In this document: positions 25,199 through 36,815 of the stretch, piece after piece | Layout: every line of letters begins with the position of its first letter | How positions within the stretch are numbered: position 1 is the stretch's first letter | Source: Thalia democratica | Taxonomy: Eukaryota | Direction: 5' to 3' | Length of the DNA: 64,000 nt | Assembly: GCA_965202585.1 (NCBI GenBank) | Contig: OZ241834.1 | Coordinates: 20,770,001-20,834,000 of the forward strand | The notes under the pieces: generated by a model | What the model was told of the DNA's origin: nothing | Databases searched by the model: none | The model's input: only the letters and a program-made list of their open reading frames with translations | Program-made: the position numbers and the translations under genes

Positions 25199-28100
25199 TC
25201 ACTTTCTTTGCAAAAGCTTGAAAGCACTGAAGGCGGAAACAGTTTTAAAACCAAGTGAAACTGCCGAATCCAATAATGAACCGACTTTGGTGAAAAGACC
25301 TGACTCGTCCTGTCTTGCATTTTGCTGCTGAGCAAGCAACTCGTTCATGTTTTCTATGTACCGCTTTTGCTCTTCTGCGTGTGAGAGTTCCATCTTTTCC
25401 AGTTGAGCTACATGAAGCTGTTGCTGTTCTTCTCGGTTTTTCTCCAGAGTGTTTAAGTGATCCATTAAACTTCGGCTTTGTTTTGAGTGAGAGTCTTCAA
25501 GTTGTTTTATGTTAATAGCAAAGTTTTTTTGTTGTTCTTCGTGTTGCTTTTTCAACACTGCAATATGCTCTTTGCTTGCTTTGTCTTTCTTTTTCTGTAG
25601 TTCAGCCATGTCCTTATTGTACTTTTGATCCTGCAACTTTTGTCTTTCTTGAACTTTCTTAATGACATCCTTGTTTTCTAGTTCCGAACTTATTTTTTCC
25701 TCTTTAATCTTATCAATCACTTGGTTTTGTTTTCTACGCTCCTCTTCATAACTTTCTCCAAACTTTTTTATTTTTTCCATGTGCTCTTTTTGCTTTTTTA
25801 TTATGACTTCTTCAACGTCTGACTTCTTCTTTTCAATAACGTTTATTTCTTTATACAAGCCAACATTATTTATAATACTTAAAGAAATCTCTTCTATATT
25901 TGCTTCTAGTTTTACTTTATACTTGTCTTTTGTGTTCTGATCAAAGATTTTTGAGTTTGAAAATTTTGAGATAACAGTATTTTTAAGATTTAGAAACGAT
26001 TCAGTTAGTTTGTCGAGGTTTTCTAAATCGATACTTTTAGACAGGTTGAAAAACTCGTTTAAATACTGATCGTAAAGCTTGCTGTAAAAAGATTCTGACA
26101 TAGCTTGAACCAGCGTATACTCATCAGGTAGGTCTGTAGTCTTAAAGTGCTCTACAAAGTTTTCGAACATTTTCGGCAAGTCGGCGCATTTGATCGAAAT
26201 TCCGTTTAAATGCTTTCCGTTCACGTGAGATTGCTGGATAACAGTCTTTACAAAAATACCCATCTCTTCGACAAACGAATCTTCAACCGACCCCAAAGTG
26301 CCGTCTTCGTCTAACTCTTCCCCCGGGTCGGGCATCAAAAAGCATTGAACTTCTTCGAATGAGTTGTTTAATAGTTTTTTGTGGCGACTCATCACGTCTT
26401 TTTCCAGCCAATCTTCATTTAAGTAGTCAATGCCGCCTTTGAGCCCGTAGCAATGCTGATCTGCATGACGCCAATCGCGTACGAGAAACATTAAAGATTG
26501 AAATGGTTTGCTGTCACTGTTGTCTAAAATGAAATTTGCATATGTTGAAAACATTTCAAGATGCTCAAACTTGTCTTTGCTCAGCTCTCTGGTGACGTTG
26601 TAAATCTGCACGCTGCTTATAAGAGTACTTAGAGAAAACAAGATTTTGTTTTCCTTCTCAGTAGACTCGTTGTCGAAGGTACCTTGTGTGTCGATTAGTA
26701 GAAAAGCTTTTTCGGTTTCTCTCAGCTTAATTTTAAATATTTTACTGTATGCCAGCATCCCTTTAGTTTCCCGAACACTACCTGGTTTGTATTTAAAACC
26801 AGAAAAGTCGTCTGGAATGCCACTAATTTTGTCAAGAGGTGTCCCTTTTTCCATTTTAGACAATCGGTCAATAAACCAATTCAAAAGAAAGGACTTGCCT
26901 GAGCGATAAGGTCCCGCAACAACTAAAACAACAACTTCTAGACTATCTACATTGTTAAACTGTACAATGCTTTCAAAGCTGTCTTTGTGATAAACTATGT
27001 CTTCATTGTCTTGTGAATATGACGCTATTTGAACTGCTTTCGGATTTTTGTCGAGCATAGAAATTCCTAAAGGTTTTCTTAAGGTTTAGTTTTTAGAAAA
27101 AAGACAAATCTAGCAACAGAAGAACAATTTTAAAATTAAAAGAGTTCATTAAGATTTTTTAATCTAGAAAAAAAAACAGATTAAAACAATTTTAGACTAA
27201 TAAACTAAATATATCAATACAAATTAAGTAGACCGTTGTATTTAAGATTACTTAATTAACAAAGGTCGTTATTGTATGCTAACATACTTTTTACTCATAA
27301 TTTTTTTTTAGTGATTTAGTTATATGCTTGCTTGCTTAATTTTCAAAGTAGCTGTGAAAATAAGAACCATGATTCTAATATAAGCTAATAAAAAATAACT
27401 AGTTTAAGTTAAACCGTCTCGGATCTAGTATTTCAAATGACTAATTGAATAAGTTTGACTATATAAAAAGCCTTTAAATATTGCAAACCAAGTTAGTATG
27501 TTTAGTTTGTTTAGTTATTTGTTTTACTATCAATGTATTTTAACATAATATTGTAATATACAACTAGTTCTTGTTTATAAGGATTAAGGGTCAAAACTGT
27601 TTTAATCTTTAACTAAAGTTGAACTTTTTAAAACATAACTAACATTTTCTTTAGTCAAAGTTCTAATAGTTCAATTGAAGTAGTAAAATAAATAAAATCT
27701 ACAAATTTACAATGTATTTTTTAAATAACAGTACTTTAAGTTTTTTTTATTTAATGACTTGAAACCCATAATCAAAAGATAAACAGTTAATTTTAATCAC
27801 CAAAAGTCTTAATTTAAAATAATTTAAGTAATCTTATATTAGATTTAAATTTGACATTATATCTTAAATGAACAAAAAGTTGTTTGTGTTTAAGTTAGAA
27901 AAAAAAATGTGATAATAAGAATTGTAATTGATTGTCACGTTCAAAATTTATAGAGTTTGAAGCAAAACTATTTACATTTTTTATCATAACTGTGAGTATG
28001 GAAAAAGTAAAAATTAAACAGTACTATTAGAAGTTTTAACTTTCAGAAACCTATTTTTATTTGAAGATGAAACATAAAAAGAACCAACAAAAAATCTAAG

Positions 28101-31100
28101 TGTTAATCATACATCGTTAATTTTTTTTTTGTTTTGGTTTAAATAAAACCCCAAGTATTTACTACCTCTAAAACAAGAAAAACTAAGATTATTTAGTACT
28201 TTAATTAATTTTTATGAAAACAGATACAATAACTTCAATTAGAAAGTCTTACTAAGCTTGATGACTGTTCACGCTGTGATTTAATAAATAATATTTATAT
28301 TATTCTGTTTACCTACTATATTAGTGTTATCAAAAATAGCATTACTAAAAAGTTTTAACTTTTATGGACGTTTTTCTTCAATAAAATTTATTGTTAACTT
28401 TTTGTATCTGTTATCAACTAATTTAATTTGTTAATTTTTTTTATGTGGATTCCGTTGGCTAAATTAACCTTTCCAAACAATATTAAAACAGTTTAATAAC
28501 ACTTAAGAAATGGTAGTTGTATGTCTTTTAAAATTAGTGCATATATGTATAGAAGCCGATGTATAAGTGTTAAATAAATGTTATATTACACCGTAACTGA
28601 GTGGTAAAATAAAAAAGTAACAAGCTAGCACTTTTGTGTTATCTAAACAGTTCTTTCAAGCGAGTAAATTGGGCAGTAATATGTAGTCAATACAAGTACA
28701 AACTAACTTGAAAAAATTCTTTTGTAAGTTGACGCTTGTACCTTGTTGTCGACAACCTCTTTCACTGAAAAAAATAAATTGGAAATAACTCAACTTAAAG
28801 CTTTTTTTAAACATACACTTACTTTTAATGCCTAATTCCTCAAAGTTTTTGTCTGTTCTTGAACCTTCAAATGGCTGGAGTAGTTTAACAACTTCGTCAG
28901 CTGATAAAAAGTTTTTTATTTTATCTTTTAGTGAACTTTATAGTATAGAAATATTTGGATTTTAGTTTTACAATATTTAAATAAATATACGTACTAATTG
29001 GTTGAAGTGCAAACTTTATTGATCTTTTGACGTAATCATCGGCTATTTCACCGAAATCTGGTGAAAAGAAAGGGTGCTGAATACCATGAATCTTTTCAAC
29101 TGAAATTTATTTAACTACATTAAAGTTACAGAAGTGTTTATATATTAATTGAAATAATGGTTTTAGCTGTAACAATAAGTTTTAGTCTGTTTTTAAGAAA
29201 ATACTTGTATTTAAAACCAAATAAGAGAGCTTACTTATACAGAAGATTATTTTTGAAGCAGTGTCCTTTTTTAACGTTGGAAACAATAGCTTAATTTTTA
29301 CTAATACAGCAAAAACTTTTAAACTTTCTCGATCCTTATTTATCAAAATGAAATACATTCAATATTTTAATAAGTTTTGATTTTTTATTATTTTAGTTTA
29401 GTTTTTTAGATATTTCTCAAAGTATGTTTTCTCGGAAAGTTTTTTAAATGCAAAATGCTCTCACGGATAGTTCATATACGTATTTTTCTATCTTTTAGTT
29501 TAATTAATAGTTGTTCAGAACGTATAGAAAAATATTTTTTAGAACATATTTTAAAATGTTTGTATGTAATCTAATAGAAGTTATATTCAAAATAAAAACA
29601 CATTAATTTCTAAATAAGTACGCTTTTTTAAGTTATAAGTTGACTAAATCTATAAATTTATAGAACATTTTGACAACTTTATTGAAACATAAAAATGTTT
29701 TAGTTGAAAAATTGTGGTAATTATAGTTCACAGAGTTTTTAAACTTAAATTTGAAACGATTACTGATACAAGTTTTTTATTTATAAATACAGTTTTTTTT
29801 ATTTTAAATTACAAATAAATAAACTAAAATATTAAAGTTTAAGTTTTCTTTGTATAAAAATAACATAGTTTATGTAGTATACAAACTTAAAAAATATAAC
29901 TGTGATGTTTACGTTTTAAAAAGCTACATACGTTCTAAGTATGTTGGTTATTTTTTTTATTAATATTATATACTTAATTATTAATACGTCTCACATATTT
30001 AATGATTAAAATAAACACCATTTTTTAATTTTTGTATAATTGAATAATACTTATGACATTTTTTATTACTGAAGATAGCTAAGCAAACAAAACTGTTAAA
30101 AACTACTTAAAGTAAATAAAATAAATGTGTAGTTTTTCCTGTAGTTGCTATGTTTTAAGTTTACTTAAAATACCCTTACTATATAAACAAATAGATAAAA
30201 TGATAAGCTTGATATATTTTTTTAGTGATTTAACTTAAAATTCTTTATTTAGTACACTTATAATGCTTTATATAAGTATTTTGTAAATAAATGTTTTGCA
30301 GTGTTTTAAAAATTTATATTTTTAATTTTTCTGGCATTAATTTTCTAACAAATTTTCATCTTTATAGTATTGCCTTTTGTATTTTTTACGTTTTTGTCTA
30401 CGTTATACCCCTAGTATGTTTAAACCCCTAGTAACTTCTTTTTTTAAAGTTATCAAGAAACCTTTATTATATTTTACTTATATGATCGATGAAAATGTGA
30501 TTTTTACCATCCATAAAAGTAAAGTACTACTTTAAATATAGTCAAGACTATATAATCAATATCTACTCATATCAAAACACAATGAAATTTGAAACATGTA
30601 CAACATCAATGTGTAATATATGTTCATATATATTTTGTTATTGTTTGTGTTAAAAAAACTTTTGCTACTTGATTTATTTTATAAACTTCCAAGGTTTAAG
30701 TTATTTTTGATAATGAAGTTTATTTGTTAGAAGTATTTAAAAAGTACTAACTCAGAGGTTTTAAAGGTACATGTAATATTGATTTTAGATATTGGTCAAA
30801 CTCTTCAGTCAAATCAGGGATAACAAATGGCACATTGACATTTTTAAACAATTCTTTGAGTTTTTCTTTGCTTTGATCAACTGCAAAAAAAAAATGTTAG
30901 CATAAATCGTTTTCTCCAATCAACATGAAAACTAACAAGCGGTTTAAAAAAATACCCAGAAACAACTTTAATAACACAGTAGCAACTTATAAAAATTATT
31001 TTTATACTTTTTTAACAAAGTTATAAAAATGAAACCTATTTGAGTAAGAACATGGTCGTGGTAGTTGTTGATACTTGCATGCCGTATATGTCCTGCACCT

Positions 31101-31236
31101 CCAACACTTATTGATCCTTGGGTGAGGTCTCCGACGGCATCTAGCCTGTGAGAGGTAACTTTTAAGCAAAATTAAATTTGATCTTGTTTATACTTGGATC
31201 AGCTCACCTTGGGTCTCTATTAGGTTCAGTAGACAT
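25199..31236 (-). CDS. Atlastin/GBP-family large GTPase with coiled-coil tail; predicted 7 exons (31236-31208, 31145-31036, 30880-30752, 29099-28995, 28900-28823, 28764-28708, 27066-25199), ~791 aa
   Basis: Last exon: P-loop VAGPYRSGKSFLLN, ETKG, LIDTQG, LSTLISSVQIYN, LMFLVRDW, CFLMPDPG (atlastin/RNF112-like), long charged coiled coil, no TM hairpin. Six upstream exons are mutually phase-consistent and join in frame at the acceptor before 27066; that last join is inference. The 619-aa GTPase ORF itself is high confidence. Confidence 0.7.
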
Positions 31237-31978
31237 GTAGAAGTCTGAATATGCGGAAATATAAGTATATGCAGATGAAAAATTTTCTTAAAACATTGAT
31301 GTTTATAAATATTAATCAAAAACTTACAACATATACATATACGAGTAGTTACGATAATTGTAGAAATAAAAAATATACAATTATAAGATGAACGCATAAT
31401 ATTTTATCAATGATGTTTTTTTTAATTGATATTTGTTACGGTTCTGTATGCAACTTTTGTTTCTGAGATAATTATTTATTTCATGCATAAAAACAATTTT
31501 TTTGATGTTTCTGACAGCCGTTTCTACAATTAAAAGCCTTTTGCGTTATAAGAAGTATAAAAAGGTGGCTTTATGAAAAATAAATACATTATAACACAAA
31601 CGTGATAAGTGTTTTAGTAAATTATTTGGCGCTTGAGCATTTAATTCTTTTCAAATTAAAAATAAATGTTTAATGAGCTGGTTTAATTTTTCTTTCTATA
31701 TATCTCTTATCTTCTTAAAAATTTATTGATCAACAATAAAAATGTTATTTCCTTGAAAGACATTAATGTAACAAAAACTTCGACTAAAAAAAATAAATTA
31801 TAACTAAATATTAAAAAAAAGTAATAAGAAAGAGTTTTTTTTGTAACTTTGAACCTTAAAAGGATCAATGTTTACAGTAATAGTTATATCTTTAAAAAAA
31901 TCGTTACAATTAGAAATACAAACAAAAGTTTTTTTTTTTTTTTATATGGGTAATTATTTTAAATATTATATTTCAGCT

Positions 31979-33716
31979 CTACTGTACAACACATTTCTCT
32001 TGTTTACTTCCAGACATATATCTATTTTTTTCATCATTTAACTTTTTTATTTGAAACTCTAGTTCTTTGACACGGTTTTCTAAAGTTTGTATTTCATTTT
32101 TTAATTTTACTTCATTTAACATAAAATCCTTTTGTTCTTCTTGACTTTTTTCTTCAGACAGTTTGAGTTCTTTAATTTTTTGTTCAACTTGAACATATTT
32201 TATACGATTGCTTTCGATCATTTCTCTCTTTTCATTTTCTATAAATGCAAATTCTTCTGTATGCTTTTTGATTAACTCTGAACGAATCTTTTCTCTTTCT
32301 TCGCCGTCTTTCCGCAGCTCTTCTATCTCGGCTTTTTTTTCTTCGTTACGTTTTGTATTTTCTTCTCTTATTTGATCCAGCAAATTTTTGTGCTTTTCCA
32401 TTTCTTTATTTAGCTTTTCTTCAAGCTTTTCAATTTCGTTGTTACAATTCTGAATCTGATTTTTTAGTTTATTGACAGTTTTTAGTTCTTCTTCCCTTAA
32501 TTTTTTCTTGTTTTTTGCCTCAAAAACTTCGACTAATTTGACAAATTTTTCATCTATTGCTTCTTTTAGCCTACGTTCATAATCATTCTTTATTGTTTTA
32601 TCAATATCTGTTGACGTTGAAAAGCTATAAATAACCTCATTTTTAAGTTTAAAGTGTTGCTTGGTTAAGTCAAAAATACTTTTATGATTACTTTCATTTA
32701 TACCGTGGCAATAATTTTTGTTACATTGGTCGTGGAGCTTTCTGTAAAAAAACTCTGACGTAGCCTGTCCGGGAGTGTTGTCGTCAGGAATGTCGGTTGT
32801 TGTGTAATGTTTGATGAAGTCATTGAACATTACGGGTAGATCGCTGCATTTAATTTTATCTATTCCAGCAATTCGCTTTTCCCTACCGTACGAATGCTTA
32901 ATGACGTCACAGACAAAACTGCTCATCTCTTGCACAAAACCTTGCTTAACGGACCCTAATGTGCCTTTTTGGTTTAGTTCCATTCCTGGGTTAGGCATCA
33001 AAAAGCACTTGATATCTTCAAAAGAACTACACAGTATTTTTTTATGATCCTTCATAGCATCTTTCTCAAACCAACTTTCATTTAAGTACATTGCTCCCCC
33101 TTCAAACCCAAAATCGTGTTCTTTTCTGTGTCTCCAATCACGAATGAGGACTATCAAAGATTGAAAAGGACACTTTTCTTTTTTTTCTGAAAAAAGTTTA
33201 GCGTATGTTGAAAACATCTCCAGATTTGCCAGCTTATCTTTGCTCAGCTCTCTGTACGTTGTAAATCTGCACGCTGCTTATAAGAGTACTTAGAGAAAAC
33301 AAGATTTTGTTTTCCTTCTCAGTAGACTCGTTGTCGAAGGTACCTTGTGTGTCGATTAGTAGAAAAGCTTTTTCGGTTTCTCTCAGCTTAATTTTAAATA
33401 TTTTACTGTATGCCAGCATCCCTTTAGTTTCGCGAACACTACCTGGTTTGTATTTAAAACCTGAAAAGTCGTCTGGAATGCCACTAATTTTGTCAAGAGG
33501 TGTCCCTTTTTCCATTTTAGACAATCGGTCAATAAACCAATTCAAAAGAAAGGACTTGCCTGAGCGATAAGGTCCCGCAACAACTAAAACAACAACTTCC
33601 AGAATATCTACATTGTTAAACTGTACAATGCTTTCAAAGCTGTCTTTGTGATAAACTATGTCTTCATTGTCTTGTGAATAAGACACTATTTGAACTGCTT
33701 TCGGGTTTGCATGCAT
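31979..33716 (-). pseudogene. Paralogous atlastin/GBP-like GTPase split by a 2-nt frameshift near 33255; C-terminal CaaX (CVVQ)
   Basis: ORF 33234-33716 is nearly identical to the paralog N-terminus; ORF 31979-33217 continues the GTPase (LIRDW, CFLMPNPG) and coiled coil. AACGTACAGAGAG vs AACGTCACCAGAGAG in the intact paralog. Confidence 0.78.
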
Positions 33717-35216
33717 ACTTTGAATCTTGCTGTATTAACTGTTTAGCTATACTGTGATACAAAAGCTAGCAACTAAATTATTGTTATTGTTAGATATTTT
33801 TAGTGTTAAACAATTATAATAAAAACGTGATTGATTTACAATACCTTTTTTTTTTTTTTTACTTTAAAAAATATATATACAACTTAAATTTAAAAACTAT
33901 TCTCGAAAAACATAAAACAAAACTTCTTTTTATTAACACTATTTAATGATAGAAATAGCATTTGTAAATTCACTTTTTTTACTGAGTTTGAAGGACATTT
34001 TTAAGCTCTTAAATCAGGATTTTTTTTTAGTCGTAAACAACTTTATGAGGTAAATTGATCGGTTAATGTTTACTTATTTACGTATTTTAATCGTTAATTA
34101 CTACCGTAAAAAAAAGAAGTAGTGAGAGTAGGAAGTAGTGATCAAATAAAGAGAAAAACTAAACCAATTAATTACAAATTAAATAATTACTACAAATTAA
34201 CTGTATTACCGAATGCTTACCGATTATCAAAAGTATAAGTGCAAAATTTTAAATTAAAGCGTGATTTTCTACAATAATAGTCGTTCAATCTACTAATTTT
34301 AAGTTAATTTAGTTACTACTGTGTTTGCGTTAACAAATATTTAAAGTGACTGATTTGTTTGTTTAGCTAAAGATAGTGGTTTCACCATTAGCAAATAAAA
34401 TCTACAAAATAAGAGGAAGTATAACTGTTTGCAAAACTATCCTATCAAAAAGTCGATCTTTATTAATAAATGAATCTTTTATAGAAAACAAAAATTCAGT
34501 ATGAAAATTTTTAAACACGTTTATATTTTACCAAATATATTTTTTTTGTAATTTATAATATGTCTAAACAGCTAATAATTCAAATTTTTATGCCCATAAA
34601 AACATTTAGCTCCAATTACAGTTAAAATGATGTTTTACTTTAACCTGTTCAACATTTTATTATTCTTTTTTTTTGCAACTCGTTTTTATGAGATAGTTTT
34701 TCAGCTAAATATTGATACAACACAGTTGACCTTATTAGCCGGTAACTTTTTAAGTTAGTTTTGTAGCTTTATATTTTTATTGAATGATAATAACCTTACG
34801 ATAAGTCATGAAACAATATTGCTTTGATTTATACTTTTTTCGGCTTAAAAGTTAAAACATATTATGTTAGCAGCTTTGCAATTTTTAAAAATAATAACGT
34901 TTTTCAAACTTTATGTTTTTCAATATTCTAGTACGTTTTGTAACTAGTTTTATTGAAACTGTTAGTTTTATGCGATTACTTCCTGTTTACACAATTGACT
35001 CTAGCTACTGTTTTCTCCGTGCTTTCTTCAACCATTTCAACGTTATATCTCTTAAATTCTGGCAACACTGCTGCTGGCCCCTCATGTTAAGCAAAAGTGC
35101 TTCATTTATTTTTCAAATAATGAAAACGAAAAACTCTTAATTTTGAAATATCTGCAAAACTTATTCATTTTACGCAAAAAAAAAAACAATTTCCGTTTTT
35201 GCTTGGTTTAATAATT

Positions 35217-35252
35217 TCTCTTTCTGAGTGATCAACAACGAGCCTTGAGGGG
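35217..35252 (+). pseudogene. Remnant of the U3 3' end plus downstream flank
   Basis: TCTCTTTCTGAGTGATCAACAACGAGCCTTGAGGGG matches 48033-48068 with one mismatch. Confidence 0.6.
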
Positions 35253-36542
35253 TGTTTTTATCAATTGTATATATCAAACATATATATATATATAAAAGGA
35301 AGGAGAAGAAGTATACAATATTAAATGCTCCATTCAACAAAAGTGTAGCAACACGGGTAAGGAAACGCTTTCTAGAGATTGTGGATAAAAAATTTACTGA
35401 AGACCATCCATATGTCAAAGCTTGTTATGTAGTTTTTTTATTAGATAAAATTGTTTTTGAATAAAAAAACTTAGTTAGTAAAATTTTTTTAGTTAAGTTT
35501 TATTCAATAATAAGTTGGTAAATGTTAACTAAAGTCTGTAGGTATTAATTTCATTAACTGTTAAAACCTTACAAATGCACCTATGCAAATGAAAGTCAAG
35601 TTTGAATATAGCTAAGGCTTAAGGTTATTTATTTTAGCTTAGACTAGTAAGAAAATCCTAAGTATATGATTTTTAAGCAACAAAGATACATACTATTAGG
35701 TATTTTAAAATAAAAAATTACCATATTTAAATGCTTAGAGTAAAAGTTTGATAAAAATAAAAGTAAGAATAAAAATATTATTTGGTAAAATTAAGGTTCA
35801 AAAATTTAAATTTTTTCATGAATTAAAATGAAGAAGACGTTTTTATCCGAATATTTAATTTTAAGATTTGAAAACAATATTTCCAGCTTTTTCTAGTGTT
35901 GAAATTTCTATTTTATAAAGAAAAATTTTGATAACATCTGCTTTAAGTATGGATATTTGTAAATGTTTTTTATTTATATAAAAAGCAAGGAGTGAAGAGT
36001 TTTAAAACAAAACATAAATTAAATATAGTTACAAATTTTCAAAAAAATAAAATACTTATTTAATTTAAATCCAAAACTGCTGACTTTAATCAATAAAAAT
36101 GTTTTATTAACTCATTAAAGTTTTTGAGTTTGTATATTTTTTCAAGCATTAAAAATAGAGATTTGTAAACTAATTTTTAAAATACTGAATTCGATTAAAC
36201 GAACAATTTAAAACATACGCTTAATTTAAAATTTTAGCAATAAAAACTTTAAGCACCCTATACAAAAATTTATGTTCTTGAAAAGTGTTTTGTGTCGCAT
36301 TTTTTTCTTTATTTGTTTAAACTGATATTAAAGAACCCGTTTGTTAACTAAGTTATATTAAGCCGATATCAAAAGCTTTGACATTTCTTTTCAACTTGTT
36401 ATGTTAACTTTTGAGCTACTCACGTTTAATAGTTTTAAAGATGATGTTTCACCAACATTAAGCTACTGCTTCAAAAATTTTAGTTGAAATAATGATCGTT
36501 GTTACAGCTTGTACTTGACCTTTTATGAAGTTTACTAAAAAG

Positions 36543-36558
36543 CATGAAATTACTATTG
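36543..36558. other. Left target-site duplication (16 bp, CATGAAATTACTATTG)
   Basis: Identical 16-mer at 44453-44468 on the other side of the PLE insertion. Confidence 0.9.
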
Positions 36559-36630
36559 TAGGAAGGTTTTTGAATGTATTTATATACCATTTGCAACTTA
36601 ATACCAATAGGTTCATTTTGTTTTTTATAT

Positions 36631-36686
36631 TTTATTACACAAAGCTTTTCAAAATCATGCAAGATTTCTTTGTCAAGTGATAAATT
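36631..36686 (-). ncRNA. Candidate variant minimal hammerhead ribozyme in PLE UTR (copy 1 of 4)
   Basis: Reverse complement of the motif at 41621-41672. Confidence 0.42.
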
Positions 36687-36815
36687 TTAAATGAAATTTG
36701 AAAAAATTTTCGTTGAGTGAATAGCTTAAAAAATAACTTTTAATTATGACGTATGAATAAATTAAAACAAATACAAAAATTAGAGATTCAGTAATTAAAA
36801 CTAAAGGCATGTTTA

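Noticed and set aside
25199-27058. Gene symbol ATL or GBP
   Set aside because: No atlastin TM hairpin, and orthology cannot be set without a phylogeny.
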